Assembly (NCBI GenBank): GCA_026770705.1
Contig: JANJGN010000024.1
Span: 31,310,001 to 31,374,000, forward strand
Source: Isurus oxyrinchus
Taxonomy: Eukaryota
Direction of reading: 5' to 3'
DNA: 64,000 bases
Position numbers and translations under genes: made by a program. The notes below the pieces were generated by a model. That model did not search any database. It saw only the letters and a program-made list of their open reading frames with translations, and was not told where the DNA came from. Shown piece by piece: positions 36,414 to 49,769 of this stretch (within the stretch, counting starts at the first letter, position 1; each line of letters starts with the position of its first letter).

Positions 36414-39400
36414 TGTAATGACTTGTCGTACCGGGCAGGTTTCTACTTGAAACAGATAAATTTATTACAGAGAGCTTTCTCAGAAGCTACATGCTTGAAC
36501 TAAGCCCTTGACTAGAAAGCCACGCCCCACCCACCTCCCGAGGGCTCATAGGTTGGAGTCTCCAAGAACAATCACGTGACCCCTGATAGGCAGTAGGAAA
36601 GGCTATACCTTCAATCACTACATTTCCTCCCCCTTTAGTTTTTTCACATTTCCTATTTACAGAGAACATTTGAATAACCCACAACATATACATATATACA
36701 GATCAGGTGATTAAAGACTAAGTCTGAGTTGGTTTCCTTATTTGGTTACAGCAGCATAGCTCTACCACTTCAGGTTCTCCCACTGGATTGACATGATCAG
36801 GAACTGCAGCATCTGGTACACCATTAGAAAGTGGCAATTTAGGGTTAGGCAACTCCACAGAGACATCGTGCATGTCTATTCTAGGTCAGTCTGCTGCCTC
36901 AGGGATTAATGGTTCGATGTTAATCACAGGCAGAATAGCTGGTTGTTGGAATGTCTCTCTAATCCTAAAATGCTCCATATGATTTCGAACAATTTGGTCT
37001 TCCACTTCCACCTGGAAGAACAAGGGACCAGTTTCTGAGACAATTGTACCAGCAACTCAATAAGGTCCACTTCCAAAATTCTGTACGAAAACTGTGTCTC
37101 CTACAGTGAATCTTCAAGCTTTGCAATGAATACCGTGATTCAATTTTTGAACCCTCTAATTGTTCTCTACCTTCCCTCTAAGTTAACCCCCTGACTTAAC
37201 CTTGCACGTAAGTGGCACTTCATCAATATTCAGATGGCGTTGAACCTGTAATTGAATGAGGCATCATACGATAACTGAGAAGAAAGTGGGAAAGTCGAGT
37301 TTCTCGAGTACCCTTGGATAACCTATTCATTCCAGATTTGAAAGTTTGCTGTTTTAATGTGTCTGATTCTATTTAAACGTATGAAACTCTGAAGCTCTGT
37401 ACTGGTAAAGTCTGTGCCGTTATTCGAATTGTTGACTTCCATTGGACTATGTATACAAAACATTGACGCAGCTTTTCAATAGTTGCACTCGATGTTGGCG
37501 ATCTCACTTCATACATACTTATCCACTTAGAATCCACATCTGCAATCAATAAAAACGTAGTACCTAAGAATGGTCCTACATAATCCATATGTATTCTAAG
37601 CCAGGGTCAACCAAGCTACTTCCACGAAAGCAGAGGAGCTGAAACAGGCAACATCTGTTGTTGTTGACAATGGAGACAGTGCTTGACCATACTTTTAATA
37701 TCACTGTCAATGCCTGGCTACCAGACATAGCTTCATGAAAGCATTTTCCTCTTTGATATGCCTAGATGCGCACTGTGAAGCTCTGTCAAGAGTGGTTCTC
37801 TTCCTTGTGAAGGGATGACAACTCTTGATCTCCACAACAAGATTCCATCTTGACAATTTAACTTTGTTTTTCGGGCATGGAATGGTCTTAGCTTTTGAGA
37901 TACTGGTGAATTTGACCACCCTTGCAATACAAGGTCTCTGACCTTCGACAAAATTGGATCTCTATTTGTCCAATTCCTAATTTGCTTTGTACAAGAGAAG
38001 AATACGAGAAATTCAGCACAAGCACAACTTCTTGTGGCACTGGAACATGTACGATACTATCTGGTAATGGGAGACTACTGACTGTGTCCGCATTTACAAT
38101 ATGCAAGCCAGGACAGAGCATAAAGCTTTAATCATATGCAGGTAATATCAAAGCCCAATGTTGAATTCTTGCTGAGGCTATTGGCGGAAGGGCCTTATCC
38201 TCACTGAATAAACCCATTAATGGCTTATGGTCTGACACAATGGTGAACTGGTGGAATTTCTTCACTCCAAATATTACTGATAAACCCTCCTTTTCTAGTT
38301 GCGAATAACCCTTCTCAGCTGCAGAGATGGTTCTGAAGACATAACCAATTGGACTTTCGGAACCATCTTCCATCCTGTGTGATAACACACCTTTCACCCA
38401 TAAGGAGAAGCATCACATGTTAATAGCAATTTGTTCAATGGGTCATAATGTACCAGTAGACAGGATGACTGCAAAAGCTTCTTATCTTTCACAAAGGCTT
38501 CATCTTGTTGCAAACTCCACAAGGAACAATGATTCTTTTTTCACAACAATGTAATGGTGCTAACACTGTTGACAAGTTTGGCAAGAAGTGACTAAAATAA
38601 TTGCTCATGCCCAGAAAAGACTTGAGTTCAGTTACACTGAATGGAGGGGGTGCCTCTTTGACTGCCCTAACTTTCCCTTCTACCAGATGCAAACTCATGG
38701 CATCGACCCTGTGACCCAGGTAATTAACTTCTGGTGCTTGGAATGTACATTTCTCTTTCTTTAATAGTACCCTCCGGTTTCCGATAATCTTCTTAACCCC
38801 CCTTCCAGGCTGACCAAATGTTCGGCTTCAGTTGACCCTGTGATCAGAATATCATCAAGGTATACTAGAACTTGGGGAAGTCCTTACAAAAGACTCTCCA
38901 TTGTCCTTTGGAAGATTTCATGTGCAGACGATACTCCAAAGGTGCAGACGATACTCCAAAGGCATATATTGATACAGACCCTTGTGCATATTGATGGTTA
39001 CATACCCTCTAGACATGCTATCTAGCTCTAACTGTTGATATGCATGGCTCATGTCCAGTTTTGTATAGGATTTGCTTCCAGCTAGCTTTGCATATAAGTC
39101 GTCTATTCTTGGGATAAGATATTTATCTGGTTTAGTTGCCTTGTTCACGGTCAATTTATAGTCGCCACAAATGTGTATAGTCAGATCAGGTTTCATCACT
39201 GGGATTATGGGCACTGCCCATTCCAAAAATTGGACTGGTTGATGATGCCCAGCTTTCCTAACCCACACAATTCTGTATCCACCTTCTCCTTTAAGGCATA
39301 AGGCACAGGTCTGACCTTAAAGAAATAGGGTGCCGCCTGAGAATCCACATATATTTTTGCTTGCAGGCTTTTAACTTTCCTAACTCATCTCAAAATACTC

Positions 39401-39870
39401 TGTCATATGAGCAGATCAGGCACTTGTCTTGTTCTCAACTGAAATATTTCAGACCAGCTGAGCTTAATTTTTTGTAACCAGTCTCAGCCCAGAAGACTAG
39501 GTCCATTACCTGTCACTATGATCACTGGAAGCATCAGTTATCTGTTGCCTATAGGACATAGGCTGATGGCCTTTACCTGTATGGATTCTCCTGTGTATGT
39601 CTTCAGTTCACCTGTTGATTCAGTGGCTGGGTCCCTTCATTTAGGTATTTAAACATGTGCTCTCCCACCACTCTGGTTCAGGCTGCTGCATCTACCTCCA
39701 TTACTAGTGGTTTCCCATTCACTTGGATTGTGACAATTATAGGTTCAGTTTTTACCACTGTGACATTGGCCAGGGAATAGATGTCGGTATTGGCAGTTCC
39801 AGGTTCTGTTATGTTATTCACTTCAATTATTTTGGTCTGCTGCCTCATGGGTTGTTTCATTTTCGCCCTT
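36414..39870 (-). mobile_element. 5'-truncated Gypsy (Mag/K02A2.6-like) retrotransposon with decayed PR-RT-RH-IN and a 3' LTR
   Basis: 3' LTR 36414-36622 (TGTAGT...TTACA), PPT AAAGGGGGAGGAAA; VNGKPLVMEVD; WAVPIIPVMKPD..ICGDYKLTVN..KLDMSHAYQQ; VYLDDILI; YSQLEKEGL..SDHKPL; ELHSAHLGI; DYVGPFLG. Confidence 0.95.
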
Positions 39871-39879
39871 AGTTACTAG

Positions 39880-41935
39880 AGATTGGGAATTTCTGTGCCC
39901 ATTGGTGTCAGGTGTGTTCGGTGACAATATGACATGATCGGTTTCACGACAGCGTGAAACCAGTTTGTGATCGTCTGCTCAGCAGTTCCCCTGCCATTGG
40001 ACATCGGGAGCCTCATTGTAATATATTAGCATACCATTATTAGGCCAGCCCACTGGAATCATTCCCCCCCCCACTGCCGACGTGTTTCACAACAGCACAT
40101 AAGCACATAACCTGGCGGGTTGTACTTCGCTGGGTATTTCAAGGTTTGTTTGCCTTTCTTGCTTCGGTCAGCAATCAAAGTCATCAATGCCAGGCTTCAC
40201 AGACAGCACCACATCACTTTTAGAGGGGTTCACAACAGGTCTCTACCTAACAGATCAGCCCTATGTGGGCGGCTTTTCAATGGCTGCAGGGCAAGGTCTT
40301 GCTTGGGGAAGGGGGAGAAGTGGCCTCAGGCAAGGGAAGAGGCTGAGAGCTGCGCTGGGGAAGGAGGGTATTAGGAGCAGATGTTGACCTGTGTAAGAGA
40401 CCTCAAGATGATGAGGGCTGAGGAGGCATCCTCCAAAGAAATTAGGTCAGATGGACATGTGGAGGTATGTGTCTGAGAATGGGTGGTGATGTCCCTTGTG
40501 CTGGCAGTGAGTAAGATGCCAGTGAATGTATGATGGGTTTGAGTATGTGAGTTTAGGGTGATGAGATGGTTACAATAATCTGGCTGCACAGATGAGGTCA
40601 TTTGTCCTCTATCTGCATTGGATGGCCAACCTCTTCTGTGCAGCATTGGCACTGACCACCACTGCCATCACCTACCAAGCCAGAATGGTAAAGCTGCTGC
40701 CCCTCCTGCAGCCAGGGCAGGGATAGAGGACATCACAGCTGGCCTCCACAGCGTCCAAATGGCAATTGATGGCTGCTGTCTTCTTGCCTTTCAAGCCTTG
40801 TCTTCTTTGCTGCAGTCCTGGGCTGGAAGCACTGAGCGTGGCTTTACTTTAGATGCGGTGCCTGACACGGTGAAGCAGCGAGGTGACAGCATGGCAGGCG
40901 ACTTGGAGCCCGCCCACTGTGGTGGCTTAGGCAACTGCAGGGAGCCCATTTGGTTAATGGAGAAGTTGAATTGTATGCCTAGGCCTAAGAGAAAAATACT
41001 CCAACCTTGAGAAACAATACCATCTTGTCTGACCACAGTTTGGATGAGCCCTGAGACATTCCATGTTGTTCTTTCTCAGGCTGAATGTAATCAGGGTTGT
41101 GATAAGCAACTGCATAACCAAACATCTGTTGTGAGGCAAATGGAAATTTACTGGAACATGGATTGGTCAGTTAACAAATGCAAATAAATGGATAGGTTTG
41201 TGAAAAATTTACTGATTGGCTGTAAAAAAATGCTTTTAACAAGTCTGCAGGCTCAGGGGGAATAAAGAGATCTTGAAGGCTCCACCTATAGGGACAATCA
41301 AACTGACAAAAGCTCACATTTCCCCTGCTACTGCCTGTCAGTGTTTATTAACGCCCCTAGGGGTACCCCCCTTTTCTCTCTTTCTCTCTCTCTCTCTCTT
41401 TAAGTTTTTTTTTCCCTCAGAATTTTAGAATACTAACTCGTATGCATTAATCCCAATCAGCTTGGAAGCTGATGATGAGGGTTATTCCTTACTAGTCTGC
41501 AAGGGGATGGTACAAGGATTGCTTCATCTCAAACAAAGGCAAGCCCTGTTTTATCTTTACACTACCTTCAAATTGTGATTTTGCCAGAAATCTCAGCTCA
41601 AACCTTATACTCAAAACTTTGGAATGTTTGAATAAACTTTTCCTTTAATCTAATATGGGGCTTTCGACTCTAAAATACTCAACTACACACACACGAAGCA
41701 CTGAGCGTGGTGTACTTTAGATGTGATGCCTGGCGTGATGGAGCAGCAAGGTGACAGCCTGGCAGGTGAATCAAAGCCCACCCACCATGGAAACGGTGTA
41801 TTTCCTGGGAATGCATAAATAATGTGGCTGTTTTGGGAAGATATGGCGTGAAAACCCGCTATTGTGGCCGGTGGGTAAAATATCTTTTTACCCATCTGCT
41901 ACCGTTAATAGTGCAAATCTGGGATAATTCCATCC
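39880..41935 (-). mobile_element. Non-autonomous Harbinger (Myb exon 1 type), interrupted at about 40923-41694
   Basis: Collinear with 34001-35231 (tgcagcattggcactgacc; aaatctgggataattccatcc end). Confidence 0.8.
40972..41686. mobile_element. Possible solo LTR inside the Harbinger
   Basis: TGTA...TACA boundaries, AATAAA at about 41631 and a CT microsatellite; no TSD seen. Confidence 0.4.
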
Positions 41936-42079
41936 ATGACTGCCAATTGTGGGTCCATGGGAGGAGAGAGAGAAATGGTTTAGAATCCAGAGTCAGATGG
42001 ATAGACAGTTTGAGGGAAGGAGGTTGTAGGACAGGAGAAGGTTACAAAGATAATGACAGGCGAGGTCATGGAGAGACTC

Positions 42080-42410
42080 AAACATAAGGATGACAATCTT
42101 TAAGTTGAGACAGCAGGCAATCGGGAACCAATGTTGAAAAGTGAAAATGGACACGTTAGGTGAGCAGGACTTAGTGAAGGATTACAGGTAACAGAGTCTG
42201 AGATGAACTAAAATTTATTGAGGGTGGGAGATGGAAGGACAGCTAGGCAGACATTGAAGTCTGGAGGTTACAAAAACATGTTTCAGCAGCAGATGGGATG
42301 GGGTAGGTGTGCAGATGGGCAACTTCACAGAGATGGTAGCAGGTGACTTTTATGATGGCGAGCACGTGGGAGTGTAAGCTTAATTTGGGTTCAAACAGGA
42401 AGCCAACAAG
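42080..42410 (-). mobile_element. Old L2-type LINE fragment
   Basis: Purine-rich gagtctgagatgaac...agtctggaggttacaaaaacatg..tttcagcagcagatg pattern that I associate with antisense L2 ORF2. Confidence 0.45.
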
Positions 42411-44064
42411 TACCAGAAAGTCAGTGTCTTATATTTATATAAAGGTTGACATGGTCCATTATGTTTTACAAGGAAATACTGTACATGTAAATGATTTCGA
42501 GTTTATTCCCACTTTTAGGTGAAGAGTTTCATTCTGAAATTTTGACTTACAACAAACGTGGACACTAAGTTGTGGGTAAATAAATCTAACTTGCGCTGAT
42601 CAATTCAAACACAGGACACTTGGGCAGGTAGGTAACATCCAGCTAAGCAAAATAACCACTGGGCTTCTGCTTGTGATCATAGTTGTGAACGGGACACAAC
42701 TTAAAAATAAAATAAGTTTCAAACTCAAAATGTGGAGTGCTCTGCAAATTTGTTTCTGTGGTCTTTATTCCTGGAGGGACCAGGTACCATGGCCCCTGTG
42801 GAATTTTATTCTACATATTATGATTGAAAATTGTCAGGGCAGATTTCTATTTCGAACAAGTCAAATGAAAGAGAACTGTCAGTTACCAGCTGATTGCATG
42901 AGATGGGCATTTGAGTTCAATCCATTTGTGACTTATTATTAAGCAAATGTCATAGAGCAACATCAATATACAAAAGCCGCTGCCTGTTAAGCAAATTGGT
43001 ACTCCGACACAATGCAGGAAGTTGTGAGGTGACTTATAAAGCTAGTGAAGGCTTCTTGACATACATGTCTGGAGTGCAGCCCGCGATGACTGATCTTTAT
43101 TAATTAGCCTGTTTCAGTTGGATGTTACAAATAAAAGACAAGCAAGTTGAAACTCCTTTTGAAACGAGTGGGTTAGAGTTTTGGCTTTGGGCATTATCAG
43201 CATTTCATGTGCAAATTGCATCTGAAATTGTGTCATTTTGGAAAGTGCTTTCGCCCGCCGCCTGAGTTTCTGAGAAAGTCATTTGCATATCAGCAAATGC
43301 AATATCTGCCATGAAACAGCGCAATTGAGCATCATTTTAAAACATGCTTAAAAAAAATACTTTTGAAAATATTACTTGGTATATTTAAGAGTGGTAACAT
43401 TTGGTTAGTACATCTGAAAATGAGTTTATCACAAAAATTGGCATTTTAATTCAGTGTCGATCCAACATCCACGTAGAGAACCTGAATTTAAATTGCTGAA
43501 AGTGACCTGCTCGCCTGGGCCAGTTCAAAATGTTACAGGAGGGGTGGGACGCTTTGGGTGGCCCACCCACACTTGGGCTTATTGAGGCTTTTATGTGGCC
43601 AATTTATGGCCATTTAAGTCTCTAATTCCACTGCCGCTGGTATTTTACCCATCATGAGGGGAGGCCCATGCCTTGTAGGAAGGCCGGAAGCTTTAGCTGT
43701 ATGGCTGGTGTTGGGCAACGGGTGGGGAAACCTCATTTGGAGGCCCAATGGGCCCTTCAGAGGCACCCCCACCTCACCAGGTCATTCATCCCCCATTAAC
43801 CTTTTTCCCCAAAACTCCTCACTCCCCTCACTAAGACTCTGGATCCCAAATTTGTCTGGGGTCCATGGCATGGTGGTACTATATTAATCTTAGCAGCACC
43901 ACTGTGCCTGTCTGGCATTGCTAGGGACACAGAGAGCTGCTGGCCAATGTGATTGACCAGCATCTCTCTGAGGCAGAATTTCCTCCTGAGATAATGATGG
44001 AAGGGAATATATTATCAATTAAGCCGAATTGATACTTGAATCTTAGTTATGACATCAACTTGCC

Positions 44065-44352
44065 TCCCCCCTCCCTATCTCTGTAACCTACTCCAGCTCT
44101 ACAACCCTCCTGGATCTCCTCTATTTCTGGCCTCTTGTGCATTCCTGGTTTTAATCATTCACCATTGGCAGCCATGCTTTCAGTGCCTTGGTCGTAATGT
44201 TTGGAATTCTGCCTCTAAAGTGCTTCATCTATCTACTTATTTCTCCTCCTTTAAGACACTTTCAAACCTACATCTGTCCCAGTAACTCCCCGTGTGGATC
44301 AGTGTCAAATTTGATTTGATCATGATCCTGTGCTTTGCGACATTTTACAATG
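44065..44352 (+). mobile_element. L2-type LINE 3' end
   Basis: ccctatctctgtaacct...ccattggcagccatgctttcag...gtgtcaaattt...tttgcgacattttac. Confidence 0.6.
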
Positions 44353-44354
44353 TA

Positions 44355-44690
44355 TTTTTCTATTATTTCACAGGATTTGGGCATTGCTGGCTTGGCCAGC
44401 ACTTATTGCCCATTCCTAATTGCCCTTGAAAAGGAGGTGATGAGCAAACATTCTAGAACCACTGCAGTCCATATGGTGTAGGTACACCCACAGTGCTGTT
44501 GGCAAGAGAGTTCCAGGATTTTGACCCAGCGACACTGTAGGAACAACAATATAGTTCCAAGTCAGGATGATGTGTGGCTTGGAGGGGAACTTGCAGGTGG
44601 TGATGTTCCCATACATCTGTTTCCCTTGTCCTTCTAGGTGGTAGAGGTTGCAGGTTTGGAAGGAGCCTTGGTGAGTTGCTGCAGTGCACC
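44355..44690 (-). mobile_element. CR1-clade family B 3' fragment
   Basis: gccagcacttattgcccattcctaattgcccttga tail; collinear with 4680-4990. Confidence 0.85.
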
Positions 44691-44889
44691 TTTAAGGTGC
44701 TATATAGTTACAAGTTGTTTTGGCAATAGAGCTAAGCTCCAAGTCTCAGCCAAGATTGGAACTTCAACTTGGAGTACCATTTTATTTGCCCTATGTACCA
44801 TATTCTACATCTTGTTCCCACTGTTAACTTCTGCAACTGGCTAGACCTCTGTCTCCATTTTATTTTGTGTTTTTTGGTTGGATATTTTT

Positions 44890-45166
44890 TCTTGTTTCTT
44901 TCTTAATTTCTTCACTTTGCATTCAGATGGCTGCGATTCCACCATTCACATCTCCGCTAGACACATCTTTTGTTTCTTTACTTGTCCCATTACCGCTTCC
45001 TTTGGCTTTGTACCATGAAACCTTTTGTCATTTAATCACTCCTTCCCTCCACCTTATCACAGATGTCCCCTTTTGTTCTTCTTCCTACCCTTCCCCTTTC
45101 AGCTATTTAAAGCTAATTACATTATTAACTTCTCCCAGTTCTGATGAAAGGTCACAAACTTGAAAT
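44890..45166 (+). mobile_element. Penelope-like pLTR, left half, with hammerhead core; continues at 53746-53815
   Basis: AGUU-CUGAUGA-A-AGGUC-ACA-AACUU-GAAA at 45137-45165; the right half reads gtttactttgatactctctcctcagatgctgccagaccttctgagtatt. Confidence 0.8.
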
Positions 45167-47299
45167 GGTTGGGATATGAGGTACATGTACCTTTAAGAGG
45201 AGGTATCTTAAACTGCTGTCAGTCACTACCATCTCAACAGGATGTGATGTATTCATCCCAAGACTTCTAAACAGTTTATAAGTAGCAACAATAGAAGTCT
45301 GATGTATCATACACAATCTCGCAGTTAACTCTATCTGTATATAGCCTTAGCTTCAAATAAAGATTCAACATTATTCTTGCACCTGTCACATGATTGGTAT
45401 GTTTACATCCAAGAGAATAATGTAACATGGTGGCAGCATAGTCTTTGAAGATTTGACTCATAAGCCTCAACCCATTACATGCAACTTAAGAAAATAACTG
45501 GTATTAAGGTGAAGCAACTACCTAGCCTCACCGTGTGTAAGGAATTCTGCAGCACTGTACAAATCCTACACATCCTACCTATGTTCGATCACATCTCGCT
45601 CCAGCCAGCAGGCACCAAGTCTCAGTAAGATTGTTCAAATTTAGGAGAGCTTAGTCAGTATAAGTATACTTGCTGCAAAGTTTAAGCAGGAACAGAGATT
45701 AAATAGCAGGCTCTGCAAGTCTAACATTAAACAGAACTCACAGAAAGTAAAGGCTCCATTAATGCTGCTTACTGTCGTTCCAGGAGATCTGAGGAAGTTA
45801 AAAGATAGCAGATTGGGCAGGGAAGTAGAATCCATCCAGTAGCTGCCAGAAGAAGCCTGTAAAAAAGTGTTTTTCACTGTTTTGTTTAACTTTTGAAGTC
45901 TGCAGTTCCTATTCCTGCCTTAATCACAGCCTTGAAGCAGAGCATAGACTTAACCTGGGAGAAAAGCAGAAAGAGCTCAACAGTACTACCATTGCAGTCA
46001 AGCAATAACCTATACCCAGATAAGGCAGTGGCCACTAAAGGCACTGTAACTCAAAAAGCCAAATAGCCTGGATAGCTGTCCTGCATCAAATAAGGTCCTA
46101 ATAACCCTGTATAAAGCTAAAAATTGACCACAATATTTCCAACACTCAATTGGAAGGCAGCCAACCTCCTACCTGTGTTTGCTTTGTTCTAACAATGAAT
46201 AGAGCTGTGTTTTCTGGACCTCAATGTTTCCAAGCCAGATAAACAAGCCATTAAAATAAAAATTGCTTTTGGCAATGAAAGATTCCAACAGCTGAACATG
46301 TCAGGTCAGCCCGAAGATTGTCTTAAAAATCCAGAGAAAATATGATACCTCGAAAGTCAATTACAAGTGAAGCTCAACTTCCAGATACACCTTCTGCAAT
46401 TCACATCTTTCAGGCAACAACCTACAGACCATTGACCAATTCATGAGTTCATGAGTAGGTGCAGAGACAAGGGGCAGGATTGCAACTTTTCAGCAGCTGA
46501 GCTAGCCAACAGAATCAAGCTTGTGATAACATTTACCCGACAGAAGCGCTTCAAAAAGATCTCTTGGACGAACCCAAGCATTACATAGTGGAAGCATTAC
46601 TACACAGCAGACCCAAGCACAAAGCCATACTACTGGGTAGACAGACGATGCATAATTCATCCGTCATTGCCATGATAGCCAATGCAAGCAAGTCTAGTAA
46701 GCAATGCAAAATTGCCCAGGTTTTAACGCTATATGAAAGACATTTGGCACCAGAGGATGTTGGAAGTTCCATTGATGTTGGAAGTTCCATTGCAGAAGGT
46801 AAAGGCCAGAACAGGTGGTTCAATATCATGTGAAGCCCAAACTAGTGGCCAGAAAAATACAGCATTCCAAACAACCAAGAGTGCGTACCAAACAGTATCA
46901 TGACAAGATCCACAAAACGTTCAGCCAAACCATACGGTGAGATGACAAGAATGGCCAAACATATGGTTCGAACTGTAGGGTGCTTAATCATGAACAGTGC
47001 GACTGTTCCTTCAACTACAGAATAGCTACTCAGCAGACAAATGCCGGCAACCTTTCCCATTTACTCATCGATTTTCCCAGCTACTCCCATGATGCATCAC
47101 TTGAAAAACAGGAGAAGATAAAAGGCACCCCAGACTGGCATGCAGGTAACGAATTACCCAACTACGAAATACCTGCACTTCGAAGAGAAAGTTTGAGGAC
47201 AACACCCAACTGATAGCACCTGGAATGCAGCAGAAATTGTCAGCATATGCCCAGAACAAAAATCATATCAAGTATGAACACTGAGTGGCATGACAGTGC

Positions 47300-49025
47300 A
47301 ACAAAGCATGGAAACTAGGAGCAGGAGTGGGCCATTCAGCTCTTCAAGCCTGCTCCACCATTCAATGTGTTCATGGCTGATCCTCTATCTCAACACCATA
47401 TTCCCATTTTCCCTCCATACCCCTTGATGCCCCTAATATCCAAAAATGTATCAAATTCTTTCTTGAATATATCAGTGACCCGGCCTCCACAGCCTTCTGT
47501 GGTAGAGATTTCCACAGGTTGACCACCCTCAGAGTGAAGAAATCTTTCCTCATCTCAGTCCTAAATGCCCAATATCCTGAGACTGTGGCCCCTGGTTCTA
47601 GTCTCCCCAACCAGGGAAAAAATTCTCCCTGCATCCAGTCTGTTTAGCCCTGTTAGAATAATAAATGTTTCAATCAGATCCACTCTCATTCTTCTAAACG
47701 CAAGTGAATACAGGCCCAGTCAAACCAATCTCTCCTCATACAAAGGTCCTGCCATCCCTGGTATCAGCTTAGTGAACCTTCACTGCACTCCCTCTGTGGC
47801 AAGTATATCCTTTCTTAGGTAGGGAGACCAAAACTGCACATAATACTCCAGGTGTGGTCTCACCAAGGCCCTGTATAACTGCAGTAAGACATTCCTACTT
47901 TTGATAAAAACAAAAAAACTGCAGATGCTGGAAATCCAAAACAAAAACAGAATTACCTGGAAAAACTCAGCAGGTCTGGCAGCATTGGCAGAGAAGTAAA
48001 GAGTTGACGTTTCGAGTCCTCATGACCTTTCGATATAACTTGAGTGAATCCAAGAAAGGGGTGAAATATAAGCTGGTTTAAGGTGTGGGGAACCTTCTGA
48101 ACTCAAATCCTCTTGCAATGAAGGCCAACATACCATTTGCCTTCCAAATTGCTTGCTGCACCTGCCTATTTACTTTCATTGACTGGTGTATAAGGACACC
48201 CAGATCCCTTTGTACATCCACATTTCCCAATATAGCACCATTTATATAATACTCTGCCTTTCTGTTATTCACACCCAAGTGTATAACTTCACATTTATCC
48301 ACGTTATACTGCTTCTGCCATGTGTTTGTCCACACACACAACTTGTCTAAATCACCCTGAAATCTCCTTGCATCTTCCTCACAACTCACAACCCCACTCA
48401 GTTTTGTGTCATCAGCAAACTTGGAAATATTGCATTTGGCTCTCTGATCCAAGTCATTTATATGCATCATAAATATCTGGGGCCTAAGTGCTGATCCCTG
48501 CAGTACACCATTAGTCACTGCCTGCCACCCAGAATAAGACCTATTTATTCCCAATCTCTGCTTCTGGTCTGTCAACCAATTCTCAATCCATGCCAGTATA
48601 TTATCCCCAATCCCATGTGCTTTAATATTGCCCAATAGCCTCTTATGTGGGATCTTATCAAAAGCCTTCTTGAAATCCAAATATACCATATCCACTGGTT
48701 CTCCCTTAGCTATTCTACTAAGTACATCCTCAAAAAACTGATTTCCCTTTCATAAACGCATGCTGCCTTTGTCTAATCCCGTTAATGCTTTCCAAGTGTT
48801 CTGTTACCACGTTTTTTATAATGGACTCGAACATTTTCCCAACTACTGATTTTAGGTTAACTGGCCTATAATTCTCTGTGTTTTCTCTCCCTCTTTTTTT
48901 AAATAATGGGGTTACATTTCCCACCCTCCAATCTGTAGGAACTTCTCCAGAGTCTATCAAATTTTGGAAGGTGACCACCAATGCACCCAATATTTCCAGG
49001 GCCACTTCCTTTAGTACTCTGGGAC
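47300..49025 (-). mobile_element. HER1-like CR1 LINE (RT domain to tail)
   Basis: DMVYLDFKKAFDKIPH...GVLQGSALRP...KFADDTKL...QRDLGVLIH; NVTPLFKK..ENYRPV. Confidence 0.95.
47903..48090 (-). mobile_element. Penelope-like pLTR with a decayed hammerhead, nested in the CR1
   Basis: Minus strand AGUU-AUAUCGA-A-AGGUC-AUGAG-GACUC-GAAA-CGUC-AACU at 48002-48040. Confidence 0.8.
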
Positions 49026-49096
49026 GTAATACACATATACGTAAAACAGATGCCAAATAACAACAATACCACATGCTGAAATACCATGTAATCCTA

Positions 49097-49458
49097 TTTT
49101 TTAAAATTCATTTATGAGATGTGGGCATCACTGACTAGGTCAGCATTTATTGCCCATCCCTAATTGCCCTTGTTCAGAGAGAATTTAAAAGTCACCCACA
49201 TTGCTGTGGGTCTGGAGTCACATGTAGGCCAGACCAGGTAAGTGTAGCAGATTTCCTTCCCTAAAGGGCATTAGTGAACCTGATAGGTTTTTATGATATT
49301 TGGCAAATGGTCATCATGAGACTTTTAATTCCAGATTTTTTAAAATTGAATTCAAATTTCACTATTTGCCATGGTGGGATTTGAACCCAGGCCCACCAGA
49401 GCATTACCCTACATCACTAGAATACTAGTGCTGGGAGAACACCACTATGCCACCACCT
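49097..49458 (-). mobile_element. tRNA-derived SINE with a family-B tail
   Basis: Reverse complement of the SINE at 22641 (gtgggatttgaacc B-box, ttattgcccatccctaattgccc tail). Confidence 0.8.
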
Positions 49459-49769
49459 TTTCATAACACAATCTAAGATGCAACACAAACAATGTACCCC
49501 TAACCAACATTCTGAAAATGTACAGCAACCTCCAGTAAAGATCAGTATAACTAAGTGCAGAATCTTACCAGATTTGCACTAAGTGTAAGTAGTGGGCGGG
49601 TAAAGTTATGTTTTACCTGTTGGCAATGGCAGCTTTTTACATCGTATCATCCCAAATCCGCCGTTTTAATTATACATTCCCAGGAAACACGCCGTTTCCA
49701 TGGTGGGTGGGCTCTCATTCGCTGTGCCATCACCTCACCGCTTCATTATGCCAGGCGCCATATTTAAAG

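Noticed and set aside
38921-38962. 20-bp tandem duplication in the Gypsy RT (also an 18-bp one at about 46756-46791)
   Set aside because: Ordinary slippage mutations in dead elements
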